Shown piece by piece: positions 1 through 13,937 of a stretch of 64,000 bases of DNA; position 1 is the first letter of the stretch, and every line of letters starts with the position of its first letter. The stretch covers positions 49,910,001 through 49,974,000 of the forward strand of contig OZ024751.1 in the NCBI GenBank assembly GCA_964016885.1, written 5' to 3'. The translations under genes and the position numbers were made by a program. Origin of the DNA: Eledone cirrhosa. Its lineage: Eukaryota. The notes below the pieces were generated by a model. That model made no database searches. It was not told the origin of the DNA and saw only the letters and a list, made by a program, of their open reading frames with translations.

Positions 1-480
1 GATTACCCCTTGAAGGGCCTGAAAATGGCCTCATAGGCATCATGGTTTTAAAGCAACGTTTTATGGTCGCATGCCCTTCATAACACCAACCCTTCATGTC
101 ACCTTTTAGGGTACACAGGGATATCTACACTTATTTTAAAGCAGATATACACAGCAATCCTAGATACACTATATATCTGCTAGAAATAATAGCCAAATCA
201 CACACAGTCTCTCAAATGACAACCTGCCATCAGCAATATTTTCACATCATCTAACATCTTCTTTCGCAGGATTATTAATATTATTAATTTTATTATTACA
301 ACTAACATCATCATCATTGTTATCATCATCATAACTCCCCCCTATTACTTCGAGATACTCAGCATCTTCATGATGATGATGATCATCATCATCATCTTCA
401 TGATCCTCATTGTCATCACCCTCATCATTCACTTCATCATCATCGTTATCATCATCATCATCATTATTATCATCATTCAC

Positions 481-512
<32 letters not shown>

Positions 513-720
513 GAAATTTCAGAAGTAATAATAATAACAATAATTATATTTTATAATTTTGGCGCAATTTTGGGTCTGATAAATGTCAATTATATCGACA
601 CCAGTATTTGACTGGTATTTTGTTTTATCAATTCCGAAAGAATTTTTAGAAGAAATTGATCTCGACGGGATTTGAATACAGAACATAAAATCGGAATAGA
701 TTCTGCAAAGAATAATCGCA

Positions 721-922
721 AAGATATTAGAAAAACACATGAAGATTTAGAATATTATGCCAAAAAAGAGTGTAGGGGCAAAGATTTATTAGTATTTTAT
801 CAAATTACACTAAAGAATGAAATATATATATAGAAGAAAGATATTAGAAAAACACATGAAGTTTTAGAATATTATGCCAAAAAAGAGTGTAGGGGCAAAG
901 ATTTATTAGTATTTTATCAAAT
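721..922. repeat. 85-bp direct duplication
   Basis: 721-805 vs 838-922. The spacer TACACTAAAGAATGAAATATATA recurs at ~1521. Confidence 0.8.
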
Positions 923-1017
923 CTAAACTATAATAAAGCAAGGAATGCGGGACTGCGTGCGGTTTATAATTGTTTATCCCATTAGTAAAATAAGTTGGAT
1001 TACTTTGAATAAATAAT

Positions 1018-1120
1018 TGTTTCTACTTTTGGCACAAGGCCAGCAATTACCCAGTACATTACTGGTACTTTATTTTATCGACAATGTAAGGATGAAAGGC
1101 AAAGTTAACCTCGGCGGGAT
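1018..1120 (-). mobile_element. 5'-truncated SINE with TSD
   Basis: SINE 3' half flanked by GGATTACTTTGAATAAATAAT at 997-1017 and 1117-1137. Confidence 0.85.
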
Positions 1121-2064
1121 TACTTTGAATAAATAATGAATGAATATTACATAATTTATCTACTAAATTTCGTTGCTGGTCATTAAATATATTTTATTAC
1201 TTATTTAAAGATTCACTTCCTTAAAATTTTCAAATGTCAACACTTCCGGTTAGCGATCGCTAAAATAAATATTCATATATTTCTGTTACTAATTTTCTCC
1301 TAATGCAGTTTATATATAATATCGTCTTTTTTAATGTATCATGGATTACGTTACTGATTACATAAGAGAGTGAAACGCAGTCTTCGTTCAATTTCTGTCT
1401 ATATTGTCAATTACGATTTTATTTGATCGTATCTCCATGCATATATACTTGCGTATAATATCAATATACACACTACACATGCTAGCAGAAAACCAACCGA
1501 AGGGTGGTTTTTCTGCTAGTTACACTAAAGAATGAAATATATAAATAGAACAAAGTAGAAAATATTAAAACAGAGTATCTCTGTTGTCATTTGGGTTAAA
1601 AAATGATCCACGTTTTGGGTGGGTAAGATACAGCGATTCCTATTGATGTAATGTGATTATCACCAATAGTTTATCTATTGCATGCATCACGCAAACGGAG
1701 CATATCTCTTCATAAACCTGCACTTGAAAATTTCCAACATGTTCTTACTTACAAGTAAGCACTGTGAAATTAATACATTGTCAGTGAAGGCGGATGTCCA
1801 GTGTGCAATTTCTGCTGATTTGTCATCAGGTATATTTTCTCTTCTATGTCTCATTCCCTTTTCTGTTTAACACTCTCTACTGTCTTCGAAAGACTGCCGC
1901 CCACATTCATTATCCCTTTCCTCTCCTAGTGATTCAAAGTTTGTTCAAGAAACGTATGGGAATTGTATTTTCAAATATGTAGAAACAACAGATCGGTGCA
2001 AAGTCTATATAGAATACAATTGAGACGGAATATTTTTTTAAATTACAAAACAATACACTAATGC

Positions 2065-2170
<106 letters not shown>

Positions 2171-2619
2171 CCCATGGGTTAGACGTGTTGTCACCATCTT
2201 AAACTGTACAGGCTAGATCATCACATCTTGCTCATATGTTCCAGTTTCACATGGTTTCTACACATGCAATTAAATTACATATTAAATTACATATTAATGA
2301 AAACACAAAAGAAATAAGAGCAACGTGATTACTTACACGGGTAAGAAGCCATCATCAAGGCTGGATCGTAGTACATCACCAATCCGACTTATTTCAATGC
2401 TGGTTTATTTACGAGTCACCAAGGAAGATTTAGTTGCTTAATCTGTTAGACATAGTTGTCAATTCTCAATCACTAGAACAATGGTTTCTACTCTTTTCAC
2501 GACCATGTAAATGAATTTTGACACCCCTTCCTCTGCAATTAATCTGCCAGATTACTATACGTCGAGAAACCCCATCAAAAGATAGAATGAATACCCACCA
2601 GCGTGTTCGTATTATTAAC

Positions 2620-2742
2620 AGGGTGGTGGTTTGGCAGTATCGGTAGAGCATCAGACACCATGCTTTGCAGCATATTTATGGCCCTTTGCGTCCTGAGTTC
2701 AAATCCGCCGAGGTTAACTTTGCCTTTCATCCTTACGAGGTC
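2620..2742 (+). mobile_element. SINE, 3'-truncated
   Basis: A/B boxes and start of the core. Confidence 0.8.
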
Positions 2743-3084
2743 TTTAGTAGAAGCAATTATTAACAAAGGATTTTATATTTCGGACTTACGTTACAAGCAT
2801 CTTGGGATTCACTGCACTCGGAGTTTACTTTTGATAGTGTCGTTTTAATTTGACAAAAACAAAGACTGGTTATACTCAGAACTCATTTAACCCACGGTCT
2901 GTTCCACTTGATTTTTATAAGATAAGAATGATGGATTGAAAAATCTGTATAATTTTATAACACAATATAATTTCGTTACGTTCTGATTTCAAATCCGATT
3001 TAGGTCAAGTGTACTAATCCTCCACCCCACCCCCACACCTCGGGATTGGAAAAATAAATAGGTGCAAGCATATTTGAGGGATTG

Positions 3085-3220
3085 AATAGTTTCTCTCGCA
3101 AACATATGATTTCAGGTTCAGTTTCATTGTGTAGCACCTTGAGCAAGTGCCTTCTTTTAGCTTTTAAATGCCTTGATCTCTGAGTGAAATTTGGTAGGGG
3201 GAAAGTACGCAAAATCATGT

Positions 3221-3251
<31 letters not shown>

Positions 3252-3400
3252 TTACGTTCATTTGCTGTTTCGACAAAGAGTGATCGGTTATAAAATAAGT
3301 AATACATTTGACAAAAATTTAAAAATGTACTTGCATCGGTACAATCGACAAAATCCGGTGAATGTTGTGCCCCAGCATGGCCATGCTCTAAGAGCAGACA
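3085..3400 (+). mobile_element. Older, different tRNA SINE family (degenerate)
   Basis: GGTTCAGTTTCATTG..GCACCTTGAGCAAGTG..GTGAAATTTGGTAG..(TG)n..GTGCCCCAGCATGGCC resembles a common octopus SINE (from recall). Confidence 0.5.
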
Positions 3401-3420
3401 TTATTAAAAGTATATCCATG

Positions 3421-3612
3421 GCGGTGGATTGGCAGTATCGGTAGAGGGTCAGACACCTTGCTTTGACGCATAGAGTTACGGCCCTTGCCATTCTGAGTTC
3501 AAATCCCGCCGAGGTTAACTTTGTCTTTCATCCTTATGAGGTCGGTAAAATAAAGTACCAGTAATGCCCTGGGATAATTGCTGGCCTTGTGCCAAAAGTA
3601 GAAACAATTATT
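3421..3612 (+). mobile_element. tRNA-derived SINE (Meta-domain-like core), full length with TSD
   Basis: A box TGGCAGTATCGG, B box GAGTTCAAATCC, core CTTTCATCCTTA..GGTCG.TAAAATAAAGTACCAG, 3' end AGAAACAATTATT. TSD ATTATTAAAAGTATAT at 3400 and 3608. Confidence 0.9.
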
Positions 3613-4063
3613 AAAAGTATATATAAAAAGAAAGTAATAGTGATAACACTGAATTCAATTTATTCGATTGTATCTTGCTCCACCTCACTTAACATAGGAC
3701 CTTCGTGTGCTGATTAAAGAAAGAATAGAGGTCCGCCAGGGTTGAAGGGGGACCAGCACGTGGTACCCCATTTGCTCACCATACAGAGAGATGGGGAGGG
3801 CGAGCGAGATGGAGGCGATGACAGTTGGAGTTCGGCTCTTCCACGTTCGGACCATATCCTTGTGGTTGTGTTTAGCAGTAATTCTATACTAAGAACGTGT
3901 GTTAATATATGAAAAAACTAATACAAAAATAAACGATCTTTACTTAAAATATTGATTTCTGGCATCAGAAAATCAAAACAACAGATGTTTCATTAGGAAT
4001 GACGTAGGTGTTATCAAATACAGATCTTGATTGGTAATTAAAAATCGATCCACATAAGTTTGG

Positions 4064-4579
4064 ATTTGAACTCAAAACTTAAAAGTACAGAAATCGGCAT
4101 ACTGTCACGATACTTTTACGCATCCAATCATTAGTTTTAAAATACTATGTAAATAATTGTTTCTGCTTTTGGCACAAGGCCAGCAATTATCCCAGTACAT
4201 TACTGGTACTTTATTTTATCGACCGCGTTAGGATGAAAGGCAAAGTGAACCTCGCCGGGATTTGAACTCAGACTATAAAGGGGTGTAACTCTATGCCGGA
4301 AAGCATGGCGTCTGACCTTCCACCGATACTGGGACGTCATGCTTTGAAGCATAGAGTTACACCTCTTTATAGTCTGAGTTCAAATCCCGCCGTGGTTCAC
4401 TTTGCCTTTCATCCTTACGGGGTCAATAAAATAAAGTACCAGTAATGTACTGGGGTAATTGCTGGCCTTGTGCCAAAAGTAGAAACACTTATTTACATAG
4501 TATTTTGAAACTATCGATTGACTGTAAAACTATCGTGACAGTATGCTGATTTCTGTACTTTGATGTTTTGAGTTCAAAT
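4064..4579. repeat. Imperfect palindrome containing two head-to-head SINE copies plus duplicated flank
   Basis: SINE (-) at 4154-4331 and SINE (+) at 4333-4490. Flanks 4064-4153 and 4490-4579 are also reverse complements. Confidence 0.85.
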
Positions 4580-4944
4580 AAATAATATCTTTCTACTCAT
4601 AGCAAAATATGTCTTGTGGAGATTAAATATTCTACCTGACAACCATGCCAAGAATAAATTGAAACTTCTCTGTAGATTTTAGTTTCAATCACTTATAAAA
4701 ACCATTTCGGTCTATACACATATTATCATTATACTTTTACAGCAAGTTTAAACACAAAATAGGCAAATAACACATCTATGAAATGTGATGTAAATTCTTA
4801 CTAAATCCTTTGGTAACAACTAATATTTCTTAGTAGGATAAGCTATCAGTAAATGCTACTGACTTCGTGTTTCTTTTGCTAACACTCATACAAGCTCACA
4901 TACACGCATCCAACAAACCACACGCACACACGCATATATCTACT

Positions 4945-5390
4945 ACACGGAAATCTCTTCCTATCCCCTCTCTATATCAAACTACACCAAACTCTCCCCA
5001 ATCTCTACATCTAGTACATGGAACCCTCTTTCAATCCAATTCTCTATATCAATTAACACCAAACTCTCCCCCTCTATATATCTTTTACACAGAACTCTCT
5101 TCAAATACTTCTCTCTATATCAAGTAACATCAAATTCTCCCCCTCTCTATATCAATAAACATCAATCTCTCCCCTGCTTTATATCTAATATACAACACAC
5201 TCCCAACCTTCCACTATATATCAATTACCACGCAACTTTCCCCCTCTCTATATCAATTACCACGCAACTCTCCCCCTCTCTATATCTAATATACAACACA
5301 CTCTCCCAACCTTCCTCTCTATATCAATTACCAGGCAACTTTGACCCTCTCTATATCTATATATCTCTCTCCCAACTATCTCTACATAAC
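4945..5390. repeat. Degenerate ~33-36 bp minisatellite
   Basis: Repeated CTCTCTATATCAATTA(A)CAC..AACTCTCCCC units. Confidence 0.75.
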
Positions 5391-5891
5391 ATGCACATAA
5401 ATTGTAGCGCATATACAAATAGATGTGTGTTTTGGTATTTGGGGTTAGAAAAATATAATTATTGGATGGGGGACATGCCCCCTCCAGTTCCACCATCACC
5501 CCTCTGCCCCATCCACAGTTCCACCCCTACCCCTCTCGCTGCCTCCTCCACAGTTCCACCAACTCCCCCACCCCCTGCTATTACAATGTCCTGATATCTT
5601 CAGTACTACTATTCCTTATTATTCATCTCATTTCTTTAACTTCTCAATATTCGTTCTTTCTTTGGTCTTTCCTCCTCTTTCTCTCTAAAATAATTTAATG
5701 TTTATTTCAAGTTTTATTGTTTTTTTATTATCGTATCCTCCATTATTCTTCAAATTTTACATCTAGATTCCAGCATTTATATGTATGTGCGTCTCTACAT
5801 ATTCATATGCATATATGTAAGTATATATATGCGAGTGTGTGTATATATGTGTGTATGTATATATATACATGTATGTGTATATGTGTTAGTG

Positions 5892-5959
<68 letters not shown>

Positions 5960-6341
5960 TAGGTAAGTATATATATATATATATATATACGAGATACTTA
6001 TTTATATATTTATTTAACTGAATCTTATTTGTATATCTCTTTTACTTTTTAAATTTTATATTATACTTATTTTTATGTTCAGCATTATCCATCCTTGTCT
6101 TGGTATATTTTATTCGTGATCATGAAGCAGCCTGTATAAAGTGGTGTTTCTTTTTCTTTAAATAGTAGAGTGAGTTTTACTCACACCGTTTATACACATT
6201 TAAAGAGCCGGCAATCTAAGAATCGAAACCTTTCTTTACATAAACATATATGTAAATAGCAATGACATTTAGTCAAATTTGAGAGTGAAACATATAAAGA
6301 AAATTCAAATTTTTTAAAGTGTTATTTCACTTTTTCATTTT

Positions 6342-6608
<267 letters not shown>

Positions 6609-6841
6609 TAGATATGTGTGTGTGTGTATATATATATAGAGAGAGTTATATAAATATATAGAGAGAGAGAGTATGTGGTGCTGAGACCGAGGAGACCACA
6701 AATTATGGGAGTACTCAATACATGGGGAGATGCAGAGTGGGTATAGAGATAGATATAATCCCAACAGCGGCGCTAAGCGGTTACGGTTCATGTGCTCATC
6801 AAGTCTTTTTAAGCAGCTTGGCACTGCGGTCGTGATTATAC

Positions 6842-6898
<57 letters not shown>

Positions 6899-6902
<4 letters not shown>

Positions 6903-6983
6903 CACCATATGGTCGGACGAAACGGCTGTCGGCAATAAACTTGTTATAATGTCATAATAGTTCCTTTGTTCTTTTTCATTAAT
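6899..6983 (+). mobile_element. 3' half of an HHR plus tail (PLE terminal fragment) in (TA)n
   Basis: TCC-ACCATATGGT-CGGAC-GAAAC-GGCT-GTC-GGC-AATAAA. The CUGAnGA half is missing. Confidence 0.5.
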
Positions 6984-7002
6984 ATATATATATATATATA
7001 TA

Positions 7003-7353
7003 TATAAAGAAAAAGAGATGAAATCGAAAATGCAACTGGGGTCTTATTTTTTTTTTAAATATATATATTTATTTGGTTCCTTTACCGGTTTCGCAGTTCT
7101 TCTGCTTTTCAAAAGGTGAGTTGAGATGGAGGGTCTGTGGTTTTTCTCACATCTGAAAAACCACAGACCCTCCATCTCAACTCACCTTTTGAAAAGCAGA
7201 AGAACTGCGAAACCGGTAAAGGAACCAAATAAATATATATATATTTTTTTTAAATAAGACTCCAGTTGCATTTTCGATTTCATCTCTTTTTCTTTATACT
7301 TTCATTCGTGTAGGACACCTCGGTTACTTTTCATTTTGTAAAAAAAACCTCAC

Positions 7354-7358
<5 letters not shown>
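7003..7358 (+). mobile_element. Fold-back mini-element with HHR-like motif, in (TA)n
   Basis: Near-perfect palindrome 7003-7298, tail 7299-7358. CCTT-TTGAAAA-GCAG-aagaa-CTGC-GAAA-CCGG-TA-AAGG at 7185-7222, followed by AATAAA. Confidence 0.8.
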
Positions 7359-7417
<59 letters not shown>

Positions 7418-7771
7418 TTTACTGAGCAAAAGGCGGAGAAAATGTTCAATATTTGTGTAGCGTGATGTACAATTTATCATACTCTTAAGGCTATACTTTC
7501 GACTCGAAGATCGATGTTCCTAGTTTAAACACATTCTTCAAATTTGGTCTGGAATTATTTGAAGTTATCTATTTCGAAGACCCTGGACTTCCTGTCACTG
7601 CTATAGCTTCACACAGATATATATATATATATATATATAGTAATCATAATAAATTTGAAGACTAAAATCCAAAGAGGGCTCGATAAGGATAAATATATAT
7701 CAAATATATAAGAACCGTTAAGGGTGAAAGCAGCGATTCTTTGCTTAAACTTTAATCTGTTATTTTAATAA

Positions 7772-7868
<97 letters not shown>

Positions 7869-8251
7869 GTATAAATCTCAGGAGAAGTAACAAGACACTG
7901 GATTGACTAATATTTTAATAAATATATATCTTGATGAATCTCATGAAAGAGAAAGACACTAGATTCAAATTTTAAACATTTTATATTTTTTTACCCAAGT
8001 GATAAACAGTATCCTATTACTTCTTCTGCCATAGCATTGTACCATTTAGTACATCTTATTTAAGGCCATTATGTACACAAGGCAAGACCTCAGAGTATTA
8101 TTTGAAGCAATTGATTTCGGAAGTACTTTTGATTATCCAGTGAAAATCTACTGAAAGATTAGATTATATATATAATTATTTAAACCACCGCCTATAATTC
8201 TAAGTTTGTTTCCATTATTGATAAAATCATATCCTCATTATCTTCAGATGA

Positions 8252-8420
8252 TGAGGGTCGGACGCCATGCTTTGACGCATAGAGTTACGGCCCTTGCCAT
8301 TCTGAGTTCAAATCCTGCCGAGGTTAACTTTGCCTTTCATCCTTACGGGGTTGATAAAATAAAGCACCAGTAATACACTGGGTAATTGCTGGCCTTGTGC
8401 CAAATGTAGAAACAATTATT
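8252..8420 (+). mobile_element. SINE
   Basis: Matches the 3421 family. Confidence 0.85.
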
Positions 8421-10036
8421 ATAATAATTAAACACCCCGTAAATGTTACTCTACAGGAAAAAATAATACACACCTGTACTAATGTTACCCAGCGTAAAAA
8501 CAGACTAATAAATAGTTAATGATATTTAAAAAAATGATTTCAGGTTTGACGTCTGAACACGTGTCTCAAGAAACATTTTAAACTTAATTAATTTGTTTTC
8601 CATTATTTGATAACTAATGCATACTTTAGCGGTTCTTGTAGAACAAAAAGTTATTAAACTCTATATTTTTCTGGCACAATATTGTCATTTTGTTAACCAT
8701 TTCGATGATAGAAACATTTTCAATAAGAATATTATAAACTACAATGCAGGCTCTTTTACTTCCACTGCATCACTCCAAGCAATTCCATATCTTAATGGTA
8801 GCCTTTTTTGAAAACTTTAATCTAAATTCCAAATCGACTGCTGCCAGGAATTATATATCAGCCTAAAAGCTTTAATATTTCCGAAAGAAAATTTGCCACA
8901 TGCCATTCGAAACTTATTGGATTTTGCTTTTTTTTAAGAAACGGAATCTGTGAAATGCGATATTTAATGGCCGATTTCTATCCATACTATTTGATACATG
9001 CATAACTGTCGTTGTTGAAATCCCTGCTGTAAGCTCAGTTTAAATGAGAAGTTATAGTATTTCAAAATGGTTCTGAGGTATTACTTGGCGTTCCTTTTTT
9101 CATAGATTGCATCTTTCTTACACATTATAACTATCTTAAAGGAGAGTGTCATTAAATCTAGAAATGTCTCCCTGTAGAGGGATAAGAGAAATTTTAAATA
9201 CAGGCATGAAAGCACTCGTTCTACATACACAGACACAACTATGTCACACTAAAAAGTTCTTATCAATGTTGTTGTTGTTGTCTTTCTTGTTGTTTATCTC
9301 TAACTGATTTCTGGTCGAGTAGACAGACCTATGTTCAAATACACTCCAACTGTGACCACCCCATTCATTCATTTCTGACATACTATAGCTTTGGACACAT
9401 TATGCAGTATATCTCTCCTACAGATATACATATCTGTCGGAGTTGGCTGTTATTTATTGACTGTTAATTCTAGCTGGTTACTCGATCAGAATTTAGGCTC
9501 TATCGTTGGTTCTTTTAACTCCTCTGTAAAATGCAATGATGTAATAGTAGTCTATTCTAGATAACTTGGAGTAGGCACTAGAAAAATAAAAATGGACGAA
9601 AAGAAAATTCAGAATTTCACTTTATAAAACATCGGGTGGGGGGACATCAATACCAATTTAAAAAGCAGTAGAGAAAATATAATATTTTGAGGATAGGTGT
9701 ACAGTAAAGGATTTTTTTTGTATTTTGTGTTTCTGTCTTATATTTCTTCTCGTCCTGTTAATGGCCACAAATAAGCTAATTCTGGTTGGCTTGGTCCTCT
9801 GTATATATGTCTAAATGTTTTGCAGTATAATCTATCAAACTCTGCTGTGACTCTGTAACCTTCAGTTTACGGAATAAATAGATCTTTTTATCATATCGTC
9901 CATATATATCGGTGTTTGTTATTTTTTCAACCATTATTGTAGTCGTCCTTTGAGTTCTCTTCAATTGTATTTTAATAAGAAACATTAGTTTTCTTGTATA
10001 TGTATATATATATATATGTATATATGTGTGTATGTG

Positions 10037-10071
<35 letters not shown>

Positions 10072-10116
10072 ATTTCAGAATAAATTTATATACACACAAA
10101 CGCACATATATGTATG

Positions 10117-10480
<364 letters not shown>

Positions 10481-10513
10481 AGTGTGTGTGTATAATATTT
10501 ATATATATACGTA

Positions 10514-10559
<46 letters not shown>

Positions 10560-10719
10560 TATGTGTGTATATATTTCGTTACAAATATAAATACAGACTA
10601 CTTGATGCATATATATGTATGGACGCGTACCACTTGTGTATTTTAATCTTGGAGGAATCAATTCCTCTCCAGGTTTGTAAACTTGGAAGGAGATTGAGTG
10701 AGAAAAGAATAAGAACCCA

Positions 10720-10870
10720 TGCCAGTACTATACTGATACTTTTCTACTCACACACGAAAGGATGAAACGCAAAGCTGAACTGGGCGGGATGAGAACTCAG
10801 AGCTGAGGTCGTCGGGACAAATACTGCAAAGCATTCTATACAACATTCTAACGACTGTGGCAATTCAGCA
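10720..10870 (-). mobile_element. Old diverged SINE
   Basis: AAGGATGAAACGCAAAGCTGAAC..GGCGGGAT..GAACTCAG degenerate match. Confidence 0.55.
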
Positions 10871-11479
10871 CCCAACTCAAAATATATATGACAGAGTTTA
10901 TATTGATTAGGAAACAAATACACACGCCCACACACAAGAGCCATTGGTCGAGTTTCAACATGTTATTTATTTCTGCTGGATATCACAGCTAAATCCTCCA
11001 CAAACCACATCATATGTCTCTTAAAATTGAATATATATATTACGAAGTATTCTGTCGTCCTAAAAAAGGACAAGATTGTCCCGGCATGAATATCTTTGAT
11101 CATAGTCGTTTCTCGCCTTAGGATAGAATTAAACATGATACTTATACAAATACACATACACCATCGGAAACACACACCTCTACACCCATGTGTAAACTTA
11201 TATGCGGTCATATCTTATATATATATATATATATGTGTATAAGAATATATGTATATATATAATATATAAGATCAAAAGATGGTTAAATGAGTTCCATGTA
11301 TTTTATTATGCGCATTTCAAAAACAAATATCATCATGCAATAACATTTGTGTTTTCATCAGATAAAATAGGAAGACATGATATGAAGGTTAAAAACACTT
11401 GTGGATAGTGCAGTTTTAAATCAACATATTGTTTTATTGTACTACAATAAAACTCACCTCCTACATTATGTATATAAAC

Positions 11480-11550
<71 letters not shown>

Positions 11551-11585
11551 TTTTGAAGACGGCGTATATATGAGTTAGGTATGTA

Positions 11586-11730
11586 TATTTCTGAAGACGG
11601 CGTATATATGAGTTAGGTATGTATATTTAATCTTGATAATTTGTATAATTTTGTATAATTTTGTACATAGATCTGTTAAATATGCATACCAATTATAACA
11701 CATATATACCCTAGAAACGATCGTTAAATA
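11586..11730 (+). ncRNA. Hammerhead-like motif with extended stem II
   Basis: TATTT-CTGAAGA...GTATATATG/CATATATAC and GGTATGTATATTTAA/TTAAATATGCATACC helices...GAAA-CGATCG-TT-AAATA. Island between (TA)n tracts with a 38-bp tandem duplication at its 5' end. Confidence 0.6.
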
Positions 11731-11780
11731 GTGAACTTTTTTTGTTTAATATAAGGAATTGTTTGTTCATTATTTGTTTA

Positions 11781-11867
<87 letters not shown>

Positions 11868-11870
11868 ATA

Positions 11871-12022
11871 ACGAAGGAAATGTGGTAAGGAACCAGGTGG
11901 ACCATAACGCACCAAAGTACTCAATACTTAGGGTAGTAGAGTGGGTAATAGGAACGAGTAGGACCCCGACGGCTGAGCTCAAGCCGTTTCGACGGCTAGT
12001 TCTGGACGGGGTCCTACTCGTT

Positions 12023-12027
<5 letters not shown>
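11871..12027 (-). mobile_element. Same mini-element family as 20602
   Basis: Shared tail and GACCCCGACGGC..AGCTCAAGCCGTTTCGACGGCTA core. 20-bp inverted repeat at 11949-11968/12007-12026. Confidence 0.75.
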
Positions 12028-12056
<29 letters not shown>

Positions 12057-12064
12057 TATATAGA

Positions 12065-12196
<132 letters not shown>

Positions 12197-12379
12197 GCGT
12201 TAACCTAATATATCCCTTCCATATACTGTACCGATTGTGTTGTTATTTCTGTTTACCTTTTACACAGACACACACACACACATACATACATATACATATA
12301 TATATATATATATATACATATATAAACTCAGAGCAACTTTATTGATAATCTTTCTGTGAATCTTCAGAACATTTTGTTT

Positions 12380-12575
12380 ATCACCAGCTGAGTCCTGATC
12401 GAGGAGATCTATGACCAAAGACATTCCAACCAAGACCATCTCGTCTTTTTCCACTCCGAGACAACATTATTTCAACGTATTCCTTTTTCTTTGAGATGGA
12501 TGGGTATGATTCGAGGCAGATGTCGGTGCTACTTCTAGAAGGTCGATTAACGACGAAGTACCTTCGCTGACTCGT
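12380..12575. repeat. Old interspersed repeat family (degenerate)
   Basis: CCTGATCGAG..ATCTATGACCAAAGACATTCCAACC..GACCATC and ..GCTACTTCTAG..GGTCGA motifs resemble 9300-9490 and, in reverse, 170-230, 10970-11025 and 48860-48995. Confidence 0.4.
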
Positions 12576-12589
12576 AGTTGTAACTGCTG

Positions 12590-12597
12590 TAGTAATA

Positions 12598-12672
<75 letters not shown>

Positions 12673-12692
12673 TTTTTGTTGTTGCTGTTGTG

Positions 12693-12725
<33 letters not shown>

Positions 12726-12887
12726 TTTGTGTTGTTGCTGTTGTGGTAGTAGTAGTAGTAGTAGTAGTAGTAATAGTAGTAGTAGTAGAAGTAGTAGTAG
12801 TATTTTTGTTGTTGCTGTTGTGGTAGTAGTAGTAATAGTAGTAGTAGTAGTAGTAGTATTTTTGTTGTTGATGTTGTGGTAGTAGTG

Positions 12888-12977
<90 letters not shown>

Positions 12978-13010
12978 TTGTTGTTGTTGTTGTATTAGTA
13001 GTAGTAGTAT
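12590..13010. repeat. Compound (TAG)n/(TTG)n microsatellite; representative of dozens of (TA)n, (TG)n, (GA)n, (TAA)n, (CAT)n, (GAA)n and (TTTTTA)n tracts
   Basis: Direct reading. Others include (CAT)n 300-510, (TTTTTA)n 40083-40232, (TAA)n 49305-49397, (GAA)n 61126-61169 and (TTC)n 62907-63000. Confidence 0.95.
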
Positions 13011-13408
13011 TACATTTTGGCGATATTACATGGTTTTCTTCATATCTCATACGTCTTTCACAATTCTACACCTCTGACACACACATCCGTACGCATACAC
13101 ATAAAGAAAAAATAACAACACGCATACTCACATAATGCACATCATCCGCGCACACATACCAACACCAATGATAGATCCTAACTCTTCGCCACCAACTCTG
13201 CACCCACTTACAATATGGTGTCTTATTTAAGCCTCCATTAGCCTGATCATCTCAGCCGCCATGAGGAAACATATTGTCTTCTTCTCCGACCATCGAATCT
13301 CCTGTTTCTCCTATATTTAAGAAAGACTAATGTCAGTTACGTTTAAACATTCTTCATCCTTTACCCACAGGCATGAAGCTAATAAAACCTATATATATAT
13401 ATATATAT

Positions 13409-13906
13409 ACGATATTAAATAAATGGAAACTATATTTATAAAACCATATTTATTTCATTATATATATTTCAGGGATATCATATTAAAAATATGTTATGCC
13501 TTCTTCAGACAAAATACAATATAAACAGTCTTATAAATAGATAGATTCGACATACCTTTCAACTTCGACTTCTATTTGAAAAGTTGATTTGGTAGTGAAA
13601 AAAATATTAGGGACAGTTATAAAAAGAAAGAAAGAAAAACGAAGAAAAAGAAGAAATGCATGCAACTAAATAGAGAGAGATAGATATAAAGAGATAGATA
13701 TAGAGAGATAGATATAGAGAAGAAATTCATGTAAAGAAACAGAGAGAGATATATAGAGAGAGGAAAAAAACACAGAGGGAGATAGAGAGAGAGAGATAGG
13801 AGAGAGGAGAGAGAGAGAGAAAATATAGAGAGATAGATATAGATAGAGATAGAGAGAAAGAAAATAGGTAGTTGGGCACCAGTTGAATGACGTATCAATG
13901 ATATAT

Positions 13907-13937
<31 letters not shown>

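Noticed and set aside
247-540. Asp/His-rich 97-aa ORF
   Set aside because: Translation of a degenerate (CAT)n tract.
2331-2445. Possible minus-strand exon ending in GTAAGT
   Set aside because: All frames from the best acceptor contain stops and no partner exons were found.
3421-3510. tRNA gene calls at SINE heads
   Set aside because: A/B boxes are present but there is no cloverleaf, and they are fused to the SINE body with TSDs.
3727-3760. RGPPGLKGDQ collagen-like peptide, tempting as a colmedin exon
   Set aside because: Only three Gly-X-Y triplets, an upstream in-frame stop and no polypyrimidine acceptor. Probably chance within a GC-richer repeat remnant.
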